A DNA stretch of 64,000 bases from a virus. The DNA is taken from positions 1 through 64,000 of the IMG/VR virus record IMGVR_UViG_3300003316_000274; one strand, given 5' to 3'. The position numbers and the translations under genes are program-made. Positions 18,858-26,321 of the stretch are shown in pieces; position 1 is the stretch's first letter; every line of letters begins with the position of its first letter. A model generated the notes under the pieces. The model worked only from the letters and a program-made list of their open reading frames with translations. It was not told where the DNA came from and made no database searches.

Positions 18858-19901
18858 TCAGATCCCTTCCGTATTGTCGCCGAGGGAGCTGAGAGGCGCG
18901 AGGACCACCTGCACCGACTCTCCCTCGGTACCGCTCTCCTCGACCTTGACCCCGATGATTTTCAAGCGCTGTGCCAAGGGCCTGCACGTCACGTTCGACG
19001 CGATGTCCACGCACCAGCCCGGCACCAGCGCGGCGACTTCGACGGCGGCGTCCGGTGACAGGGTGATCTCCTCGGTGGCCAGGAACAGCGGCACCGGGAA
19101 GTTCGCTGCCCTGATCGCGCGCGCCGACGAGGCCGCCGCCGTATCGGTGGTGATGGAGTCCTCGTCGACCGACCGCTCCAGCAGCCCGTAATACGTGTCG
19201 GTACCACCGGCCTCTCCGACTACGCCGGAGGCCTCCGAGCCGTGCACCACGACTCGCGTCGCCAGGAGTGAGCCGTCTTCAGCGACGACCAGTCCGGAGG
19301 GCATGTCCGCGTCGGTCAGCATCCCCACGCTGTCCTCGAAGTCCTCGGGGAGCAGGATGATCGTGCTGCCGACAGCGGTGTAGTCCAGGCCGGTGTCGGC
19401 GAGGTCACGCAGATGGTCCCCGGTCTGTCCGTCACCGGCCGTGTATTCCCTGCCCCCCTCGATGCCGGACTGGCCGATGACGGTGACCGTGTGCCCGGGG
19501 TCGTCCGGCGCGAACGCGTCCTCGATGAGCTCCTCCGCGATCACCGTGAGGTCTGTGTCCGCGAAGGCGAAGTCCTGGTGCGGGACGCGGCGGTCCAGCC
19601 ACGCGGTGATGTCGAGCGCGAACACCGACACCTGGCCCTGGCGCCACTCCACGCGGATCACGGGTCCGTCCCACACCACCTCGCCGTCGCGGGAGATGAC
19701 CAGGCGGTGGCGCCAAGTGCGGACGTTTCCGAGGCTCTCGCAGCAGTCTCCGTCCGGGATCACGCCGACGTTCGCTGTCGACACATCGTCCAGGACGCGC
19801 GTCCACTCGACCGAAGTGAGGACGTTCAGGTCGGTGACCACGGCGCCGTCACGGTCGATGATCTGCCCGGTGTGGCTGCCGCAGCCGACGGTGCCGGCCA
19901 T
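18858..19901 (-). CDS. minor tail protein (Tal-like by position)
   Basis: ORF 18858..19901. Second gene after the gp10-like gene. Acidic, globular composition. Confidence 0.8.
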   Translation of the reverse strand: MAGTVGCGSHTGQIIDRDGAVVTDLNVLTSVEWTRVLDDVSTANVGVIPDGDCCESLGNVRTWRHRLVISRDGEVVWDGPVIRVEWRQGQVSVFALDITAWLDRRVPHQDFAFADTDLTVIAEELIEDAFAPDDPGHTVTVIGQSGIEGGREYTAGDGQTGDHLRDLADTGLDYTAVGSTIILLPEDFEDSVGMLTDADMPSGLVVAEDGSLLATRVVVHGSEASGVVGEAGGTDTYYGLLERSVDEDSITTDTAAASSARAIRAANFPVPLFLATEEITLSPDAAVEVAALVPGWCVDIASNVTCRPLAQRLKIIGVKVEESGTEGESVQVVLAPLSSLGDNTEGI

Positions 19902-19902
19902 C

Positions 19903-21207
19903 TCAAAGCCCCCGGCCTGAGACGGACAGCGTCAACGACGCGTTCGCGGCCGGCGGATCGGCCAGGGCATTCACGCAGACCTGGACCACGTAGGAGGCAC
20001 AGTCCAGCGTGGGCCAGACCGGGGCACCACCATCACGGCCCACGACGTTCGTCGCCGAGGTGCACACACCGCGGCAGGTGAGGGTGGCCCGTCCTACCTC
20101 TCCGTCCAGAGTGAGAACAGCGTCTGCCGCCAGGTAGTTGATGTTCCACTCCGCGATCGGCTCGCACCGGCGCTTGACCGTCAGCTCCTCGCACGTCAGT
20201 CCCTCATCCGCGCCGAGGCGTTCGTAGATCGCGATCTGTACGCCCCGCAGCGGCGCAGCCCCCGAGGACAGCTCGAACATGGGCGCGTCCTCCGACCAGT
20301 TCGGCCGATCGGTCAGGTCCAGCTCGTAGCAGTCGCACTCGTACGCCAGAGGAGTGCAGAAGCAGGAGCTGCCGGCTGTCGCCGTGGGAGGGACGGCGGG
20401 CGGGCAGTCCGGGTCCTCGCAGCCCGTGGCGGAGTCTGTACATGCCTTCAGGTGGCACGAGCCGACCGCGCACTCCCCGGGCTCCCCCGCGCCGTCGGCG
20501 CTCTCCTGGAGGCACCACTGGACGCACTCGTCCCCGACCTCGGGCAGGCTGACGCTGAGGACCTCGACCGGGTCGGTGTACGCCCATGGTGTGGCCGAGC
20601 CGAACACCATCTCCACCGTGAGGATCTCCGCTCCCCCGCAGCGGTCGGTGCAGTCCCCGCCCCCGGCTCGGCCTGTGATCGTCGGCCCCGAAAGCAGCGC
20701 GGTGCGGCGGAAGGTCCGCCGGTAGCGGGCGTTGAAGTCCTCTGGCGTCATCTCCTCCTCGGGACAGCAGAAAAAGGTGGTCGCGCAGTCCCCGCCACAG
20801 GCTGATCCCGTGCAGCCGAGCGCAGCCCGGGAGAGCCACTGGAGCCCGTATCCGACTCCGCAGCACGATGCTCCGATCAGGAGTCCCGTCACGGTCCAGG
20901 TGCGCGGCTGGACCCGGGCCGGGCCGAGTGCGCCGCCCCCGGTGACGGCCTGCGTCATGGTGCGGGTGACGGGATAGGGGTCGTCGATGCCGTCGATCGT
21001 GAGCGGGAGGAAACCGAGGAAGTCCGCGGACTCGGGCACGTCGGCGTCGTACCAGGGAGCCGGGTCGGTAGCGGGGGTGTCGTACGGCTCGTCGCCGAGT
21101 TGCACGTTGGTCAGTGTGGAGCACGAGCACACCTGGGCGCCCGAGTCCAGGGGGCTGCCGACGTTCGCCAGGTAGGTGCGCAGGCGGGCCGTGTTGATGA
21201 CTTCCAA
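19903..21207 (-). CDS. Cys-rich minor tail protein (Dit-like by position); the N-terminus may extend to about 21234
   Basis: ORF 19903..21207 (TTG start). The same frame stays open upstream and reads ILIDYLELGG, with GGAGG 6-9 nt before an ATC/CTG pair. Confidence 0.75.
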   Translation of the reverse strand: MEVINTARLRTYLANVGSPLDSGAQVCSCSTLTNVQLGDEPYDTPATDPAPWYDADVPESADFLGFLPLTIDGIDDPYPVTRTMTQAVTGGGALGPARVQPRTWTVTGLLIGASCCGVGYGLQWLSRAALGCTGSACGGDCATTFFCCPEEEMTPEDFNARYRRTFRRTALLSGPTITGRAGGGDCTDRCGGAEILTVEMVFGSATPWAYTDPVEVLSVSLPEVGDECVQWCLQESADGAGEPGECAVGSCHLKACTDSATGCEDPDCPPAVPPTATAGSSCFCTPLAYECDCYELDLTDRPNWSEDAPMFELSSGAAPLRGVQIAIYERLGADEGLTCEELTVKRRCEPIAEWNINYLAADAVLTLDGEVGRATLTCRGVCTSATNVVGRDGGAPVWPTLDCASYVVQVCVNALADPPAANASLTLSVSGRGL

Positions 21208-21288
21208 GCCGCCGAGTTCGAGGTAGTCGATCAGGATGGTGTGCCTCCGGGGTGTTCGTCTCGGCCAGCGTCCGAGCGGTTGTGTAGG

Positions 21289-21669
21289 TCAACGAGCCGC
21301 GCGGAGGGCCTCTTGCATGAATGGGTTCGGCTTGTTCCCGGGGTGGTCGACGAGCTTGGCGAACACCAGATCTCCGGACCGGGCCTGGAACCTCAGCGCC
21401 TTTGCGCGGCGTGGGCGGATGAAGTGTCGCGGCGTGCCCTTGGTCACGTAGACGGCAGCGCGGTGGGTCAGGACGACGTGTCCGGTGAGTCCTCGGGAGG
21501 TCTCGTCGTAGCGGGTGGTGATCGCCTCCGACATCGATCCGGGGGCGGTCCGGCGTGCCTCGTCGGCGACCGCCTCGGTACGGCGCTCCAGGGACCGGCG
21601 AGCGAGGCCGCCTCGGGCGTGCAGGAAGCGCGCGAGCGCTCCTTGGTTGATCGTTACAGTGACGGGCAT
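21289..21669 (-). CDS. head-tail joining protein, HK97 gp10-like
   Basis: Start MPVTVTINQG within ORF 21289..22356. The ATG shares 1 nt with the upstream stop. C-terminal HPGNKPNPFMQEALRAA resembles the gp10 family. Confidence 0.75.
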   Translation of the reverse strand: MPVTVTINQGALARFLHARGGLARRSLERRTEAVADEARRTAPGSMSEAITTRYDETSRGLTGHVVLTHRAAVYVTKGTPRHFIRPRRAKALRFQARSGDLVFAKLVDHPGNKPNPFMQEALRAAR

Positions 21670-22250
21670 CAGGGGTTCGCTCCTTCGGACGGGCAGGCGC
21701 ATCCACCGAGAGCGACGGTCACGATCTGCTCCAGGCCGACGCATCTGCCCTGGGGGCCGATGACTCGCTGCTCGCCGACGAGGTAGCGCAGTCGGCGCCC
21801 GTCTGCGGCGAGGCCCGGCACGCAGCAGTGCAGGGCGTTGGCGATGCCGGCGGCGTCGGCGTGCAGGATGCGGGCGGACTCGGCGAGGTCGTCGCACGAC
21901 GGCGGGATTCCGTTGTCGTCGGCTACAGGCGCGCACCGGGCGAGCGTGATCGTGAACTCTGCGGCGGTGAGCAGTGGCGGGCATGAGTGCCCGGTGCGCA
22001 CCTCGGTGAACGGGCGGGGGAAGTCGCGGCTGGGGTAGAGGCGGCGCATGCCTACGTACAGCTCGCCTGGGCAGGTGGTGCCGCAGTCCGCTGCGCACCA
22101 GTCCCAGGCCGGTTGGCCCGGTACGAGGCAGGTGTTGCACGGACAGCCGGGATGGCCTTCCACTGTGGCCGGCAGTTCGTCCAGGGCGGCGCAGACGCAC
22201 GCGAGGATGCCTTCCGCCATGGTGTGGATCGAGGTAGCGGTCAGGGCCAA
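21669..22250 (-). CDS. Cys-rich head-tail connector module protein
   Basis: ORF 21669..22250. TTG start 7 nt after GAGGAG. Confidence 0.7.
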   Translation of the reverse strand: MALTATSIHTMAEGILACVCAALDELPATVEGHPGCPCNTCLVPGQPAWDWCAADCGTTCPGELYVGMRRLYPSRDFPRPFTEVRTGHSCPPLLTAAEFTITLARCAPVADDNGIPPSCDDLAESARILHADAAGIANALHCCVPGLAADGRRLRYLVGEQRVIGPQGRCVGLEQIVTVALGGCACPSEGANP

Positions 22251-22261
22251 GGCGGGGCTCC

Positions 22262-23113
22262 TCAGGCGGGGTTCTGGTGGGAGTAGGAGAAGCGCAGGCG
22301 TGGGAGGTCAGGGCTGTATACGCGGGATCGGCTGACTCCGCGTCCGCCGCCGACACTGATGATCCACTGGTCGGCGATCGCGTTGCCGGTCAGGCCGTTG
22401 GCGAGGAGTTCGGTCACGTCCTGGAACTCCTGGGAGACGCCCTGGCGGGTCACCCGGATGAGGTTCCCCGGGATGCGGCAGCCGCACGAGCCGGGCACCC
22501 CACAGGTCTTGAGGGCGGCGCAGTACAGGGACGACACGGCGCGGATCGCGGCGGCGTCGAGCTGGAGGCCGGTGCGGTAGGTGATGGCGAAAGTGTCTTC
22601 CTCGCCGGGGTTCTTCGACATGTCCTGGCAGTCGGGCCACACTCCGCCATCGGTGCGGACGATCCGGTTGCCGTTGTCGGGGCGGTACGCGTCGTCGGGC
22701 AGCGTCTCGGTGCCGACCTGGATGGACACGATGTTGTAGATCGGTGACTCGCCGGGGAGCCAGATCTCTTGCAGCTCCGGTCCGCAGTGGCAGTCCGTCC
22801 GGCAACCGCACACGGGCCAGTTCCTCCACACTCCCGCGCTGTCGGTGTAGGGGATCCACGGGGCTCCGTAGGCGGCGCTGTAGGGGAAGGGGGAGACGTC
22901 CGCGCAGTCACGTCTGCACGGCCGTACCGTCACGGGGCAGGAGGGACCGAACCGCCAGCCGGTGGCGGCGTCCAGGAGGGACTGCGCGACTTTGCGGGCG
23001 AAGTCCCGGACATCGGGGTCGGCCGCTTCGGACTCTTCGGTGCAGCAGCCCTGCGCGGGCGCGACGGGCCACAGGCTGCATTCGGTTCTGAGCGGCAGTG
23101 CCACAGCAGGCAT
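22262..23113 (-). CDS. head-to-tail adaptor (connector) protein
   Basis: ORF 22262..23155. Start is the ATG at 23113 or the GTG at 23104. The N-terminal segment ECSLWPV....CC...ATGWRFGPSCPVTVRPC matches the actinophage adaptor pattern as I recall it. Confidence 0.7.
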   Translation of the reverse strand: MPAVALPLRTECSLWPVAPAQGCCTEESEAADPDVRDFARKVAQSLLDAATGWRFGPSCPVTVRPCRRDCADVSPFPYSAAYGAPWIPYTDSAGVWRNWPVCGCRTDCHCGPELQEIWLPGESPIYNIVSIQVGTETLPDDAYRPDNGNRIVRTDGGVWPDCQDMSKNPGEEDTFAITYRTGLQLDAAAIRAVSSLYCAALKTCGVPGSCGCRIPGNLIRVTRQGVSQEFQDVTELLANGLTGNAIADQWIISVGGGRGVSRSRVYSPDLPRLRFSYSHQNPA

Positions 23114-23146
23114 CTCCTTGAGTGGGGCGCGGGCCGGATGGCGGAC

Positions 23147-23176
23147 GGCCCGCAACCGGGCGAGTGGTTGCGGGCC
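23147..23176 (-). terminator. stem-loop after the putative tube gene (terminator, attenuator or mRNA stabiliser)
   Basis: GGCCCGCAACC-gggcgagt-GGTTGCGGGCC, a perfect 11-bp stem with no U-tract. Confidence 0.45.
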
Positions 23177-23201
23177 GTTCTCGGTGGTCGCCGTGCCGCG
23201 C

Positions 23202-23894
23202 TTAGGGCACCAGCGCCGGGACGGTGATGTAGTCGCACGCGGGGTCCGCGACCGGCGGCGCCACGCGGGTCTGGAAGATCCTGCGGTGGCAGGTGTCTCC
23301 GAGCGGGGTGAGGAGGCGTCCGGGTGTGCCGTTCGCGTCGGTCTCCTGGACGTTGTACGGGCCCGTGCCCCAGCCTCCGCCGGCCTTGGTGGTGCCGGTG
23401 TATTCCAGCTCGACAGTCTCGCCCGCGAGTTCGATGTCGCCGACGCGGCCGTTCTGCAGCCAGGGCAGTAGGCCGTAGAGGTGGGTGGGGAGGTTGTCGG
23501 TGCACTCGCCGCCGATGGTCTCTGCCCACCATTCGAGGGCGAAGCCGGGGCCGGGGCACTCGTACTGGCAGGAGTCGAAGCCGATCGGGGCGCCGTCGAA
23601 GCCGAGGTAGCGGGGCTGACCGGTGACGATGTCGATGAACTCGGGGCTGATGGCGCCGATCGTCAGCGTGACGTCGTAGCCGAGGAGCTGGGAGCAGCCG
23701 CGCTTGATGGCACAGACGCGGCCGGTACCGGACTTGTAGATGATGTCGTCGTTGTCTTCGGTGGCGGCGGCCATCGCGATGGAGGCGACGCAGTCGAAGA
23801 CGAAGCCGTTGTCGGCACCGACGACCGGCACGCCGCAGGAGTCGAGGCGTGTGACGCGGATGGTCGAGATGCCCGCGAGGTATACACAGCTCAC
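23202..23894 (-). CDS. major structural protein; putative major tail (tube) protein, alternatively a head decoration protein
   Basis: ORF 23202..23894. GTG start 8 nt after AGGAGG. Lies immediately after the capsid gene and is followed by a stem-loop. It is the only unassigned candidate for a tube protein, which the 1394-aa tape measure requires. Confidence 0.6.
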   Translation of the reverse strand: MSCVYLAGISTIRVTRLDSCGVPVVGADNGFVFDCVASIAMAAATEDNDDIIYKSGTGRVCAIKRGCSQLLGYDVTLTIGAISPEFIDIVTGQPRYLGFDGAPIGFDSCQYECPGPGFALEWWAETIGGECTDNLPTHLYGLLPWLQNGRVGDIELAGETVELEYTGTTKAGGGWGTGPYNVQETDANGTPGRLLTPLGDTCHRRIFQTRVAPPVADPACDYITVPALVP

Positions 23895-23927
23895 TGGGGG
23901 TTCCTCCTTCCCGGGGTCAGGGCGCGG

Positions 23928-25589
23928 TCAGCCGACGGGGCAGGTCTGGACGACCTGGCCGCCTGTGGTGCCGGACGGGCAGACGGGGACGGTCACGAGG
24001 CGGACCGCACCGTCCGGCGCGCGTACGACGGTCGCGACGCACTCTTCGGCGAATGCAGCGGTGTAGTCGTTGGTCTGAAGGCTGGCGTGGTCGTAGACGA
24101 CGCCGAGGTTGATGTCGGCGCCGCGGCCGATCTGGACCTGGCCGGCCGGATAGATCAAGAACTGGATTTCTTCTGGCCACACTGTTGCCGGCGTGGTGCC
24201 GCCGATGACGTTGTTCGCGGGGTCGTTGTCGACGGGGAAGGGCACGTCGGTGATGCCGCGGGCCCACTGCACGCGGACGCCGAGGGACGAGTAGATCGCC
24301 TGGACGTCGGCCGTGGTGACCTCCTCGACGCTGACGCCGTTGCGGCGCGCGACGTCGGCGAGGAAGAGGTTGCGCGTCCACCAGGGGAAGACCACTTCGA
24401 GCGCGATGTTGTCGCACAGGGAGAACCGCTCGATGATGTCGGCGGCCTGGAGCGCGACGGCGGAGTAGACGGCGGACAGCGCGCCGAACGAGGCGGCGAT
24501 CGTGACCGGCGTCGCGGCTGCGGCGACCTGGTTGAGGAGGACCTGGCGGACGCGGATCTCCTGCGCCACCATCGTGAGCGACAGGTAGTGCGCGATCAGC
24601 TCGGGGAAGTGGCGCTGCGTCAGAAGGCCGGCGCGGACGCAGATGCCGACGGCGTCGCAGCGGACCTCGACCGGCTCATCACACGGGACGGTGAAGCACG
24701 GCTTCGGGGTTCCGGCGATGTCCGCGGCCTCGGTGTGCACGAACGTCATGTTGGCGACGTCGAGGACCGGAGTGGGGAAGAAGCGGAGGCCGCCGCGGCG
24801 GAGCTGGACTTCGGGGGCGTCCCACAGCATGTCCGGGCAGGAGATGCTGAGGAAGTCGTACATGGTCTCCGAGGGGGCGCACCAGCCGCCGGAAGCGACG
24901 AGGTCGCCCCCCTTGAGGCGGCTCTGCTTGGAGGCGTACAGGGTGACTGCGGAACCCTCACCCGGGCTTCCGAGGTCATCGACGACGAGCTCCTCGGGGA
25001 ACGGGTGGTGGTAGGACGCGATCAGGCCGGAACCGCCCCCCTGCGACTTGAGAGCGTTGGCGCGGGCGATCGCGCCGGGGACGAGGTCGCCGAGCGCCAT
25101 GGTCTCGCCGGCACGGTAGCCGGGGACGTCGACGGAGGCGGTGATCTCCGGCTTGAGGCGGGCCGGTCCGGGCTCGGGGCTGGTGATCTCCGGGAGGCGC
25201 TTGCGGACCGAGTTGAGGCGCACCAGAGGCTTCTGCGCGATCCGGGTGGACGCGGTGACGTCGTCGGTGACGTCGGTCTCCTCGACGACCGCGGTCTCGG
25301 CCTGGGCGTCGGCCTCGTCGGCGCGGGTCTCTTCCCCGAGGATCTGGGCGGAGAGCTGGGCGATCTCGGCGTTGGCGGCCTCGGCGGCGGCCTGGCGGTT
25401 CGCATGCTCGCCGCGCAGGGTCTCGATGCCTGCGGCGAGGGCGCGCAGGGCGGGGAGGTCTTCGGTGGTGAGGTCGGGGCTCTCCCGCATCGCCTGGAAG
25501 GCGGCGGTGGCGTCGGCGATGTGCTGGTCGAGTTCGTCGGAGGACAGCGCCGTGACGTCTTCGGGAAGGGTGTAGCTCTCGTGGGCCAT
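23928..25589 (-). CDS. major capsid protein with N-terminal coiled-coil (scaffold/delta-like) extension
   Basis: ORF 23928..25589. ATG start 6 nt after AGGAGA. Has an acidic helical N-terminus followed by the GGWCAPSE motif typical of actinophage HK97-fold capsid proteins. Confidence 0.9.
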   Translation of the reverse strand: MAHESYTLPEDVTALSSDELDQHIADATAAFQAMRESPDLTTEDLPALRALAAGIETLRGEHANRQAAAEAANAEIAQLSAQILGEETRADEADAQAETAVVEETDVTDDVTASTRIAQKPLVRLNSVRKRLPEITSPEPGPARLKPEITASVDVPGYRAGETMALGDLVPGAIARANALKSQGGGSGLIASYHHPFPEELVVDDLGSPGEGSAVTLYASKQSRLKGGDLVASGGWCAPSETMYDFLSISCPDMLWDAPEVQLRRGGLRFFPTPVLDVANMTFVHTEAADIAGTPKPCFTVPCDEPVEVRCDAVGICVRAGLLTQRHFPELIAHYLSLTMVAQEIRVRQVLLNQVAAAATPVTIAASFGALSAVYSAVALQAADIIERFSLCDNIALEVVFPWWTRNLFLADVARRNGVSVEEVTTADVQAIYSSLGVRVQWARGITDVPFPVDNDPANNVIGGTTPATVWPEEIQFLIYPAGQVQIGRGADINLGVVYDHASLQTNDYTAAFAEECVATVVRAPDGAVRLVTVPVCPSGTTGGQVVQTCPVG

Positions 25590-25598
25590 GCCTGGTCT

Positions 25599-25616
25599 CC
25601 TGCGTGGTCACGCAGG
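25599..25616 (-). promoter_or_regulatory. hairpin overlapping the capsid Shine-Dalgarno sequence
   Basis: The mRNA sense reads CCTGCGTG-AC-CACGCAGG followed by AGACCAGGCATG. The 3' arm supplies the AGG of AGGAGA. Confidence 0.45.
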
Positions 25617-25669
25617 GCAGGCCCATAACCATCACCGTGCGCGTCGGGGGCAGGCCCATAACCATCACC
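25615..25669. repeat. 22-bp perfect direct repeat x2 in the capsid leader
   Basis: GGGCAGGCCCATAACCATCACC at 25615-25636 and again at 25648-25669. Confidence 0.85.
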
Positions 25670-25697
25670 CGGGGGCATGGTAACGCAGACCGGATAT

Positions 25698-25837
25698 TTC
25701 CGGACAAGGGTGGCTGGATACCCGGACTGTCCGGACGCTCCGTCGACGGACAGTCCGGGTGTTTTGAGCGGCAGCCTCCGAACCTGCGCGGACACCATCC
25801 AGATAGTGTCCGGACGGCGTCCGGACGCCGTCCGGAT
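25698..25837. repeat. array of GTCCGGAC-type sites upstream of the capsid gene
   Basis: TTCCGGAC at 25698. ACCCGGAC at 25720. GTCCGGAC at 25729. GTCCGGGT at 25753. GTCCGGAC at 25808 and 25819. GTCCGGAT at 25830. The last three are spaced exactly 11 bp apart. Confidence 0.85.
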
Positions 25838-25841
25838 GCGG

Positions 25842-26162
25842 TTATCCGCGCTTGCGTGTCTTCAGGCTGACGTCTTCTGCTGCTGGAGCTGCCTCCTGCT
25901 GCGGTTCCTCCTGCGAGGCGACGGCTCCGGCGGCGGGAGTCTCGACGGCCGGGGCGGCGTCGGGATCCGGCTCGATGACGGCGCCCGGGTAGTTGCCCCG
26001 GACCTTCCGCGCGAGGGACACGTCGTGGGTCTGGAACGCGACCTTCCCGGCCCCGCCGTTGGTGACCACCCGGTAGAGAGTGCGGCCGCCGGTTCCCCGA
26101 GCGTACGGCGCAGCCGCCCCGGGGCCCAGCTTCACGCCCTGGCCGCACGATCCGCACGCCAT
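25842..26162 (-). CDS. small protein with N-terminal MACGSCG motif
   Basis: ORF 25842..26162. The ATG overlaps the upstream stop (TGATG). Confidence 0.65.
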   Translation of the reverse strand: MACGSCGQGVKLGPGAAAPYARGTGGRTLYRVVTNGGAGKVAFQTHDVSLARKVRGNYPGAVIEPDPDAAPAVETPAAGAVASQEEPQQEAAPAAEDVSLKTRKRG

Positions 26163-26320
26163 CAGGCACCCACCTTCTGCACTTCGCGCACTGTCGCACC
26201 GTGCTTGGCGCCCATCGCGTCAGCCGTGGTCTTGAACGGCGTCGGCCCGAAGAGCCGCTTCCCGCTCGCGTCGACGACCTCGTACTGAACCGTGTTCTTG
26301 CCGCCGCAGTTGCACGCCAT
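26162..26320 (-). CDS. 52-aa protein with N-terminal MACNCGG motif (not in the ORF track; below the size cut-off)
   Basis: Hand translation gives MACNCGGKNTVQYEVVDASGKRLFGPTPFKTTADAMGAKHGATVREVQKVGA. An AGGAGGAG motif lies 7 nt upstream. Good GC3. Confidence 0.55.
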   Translation of the reverse strand: MACNCGGKNTVQYEVVDASGKRLFGPTPFKTTADAMGAKHGATVREVQKVGA

Positions 26321-26321
26321 C

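Noticed and set aside
25698-25837. The GTCCGGAC arrays as CRISPR arrays.
   Set aside because: The units are 8-11 bp with 2-4-nt gaps rather than 25-40-bp repeats separated by unique spacers. No cas genes are present.
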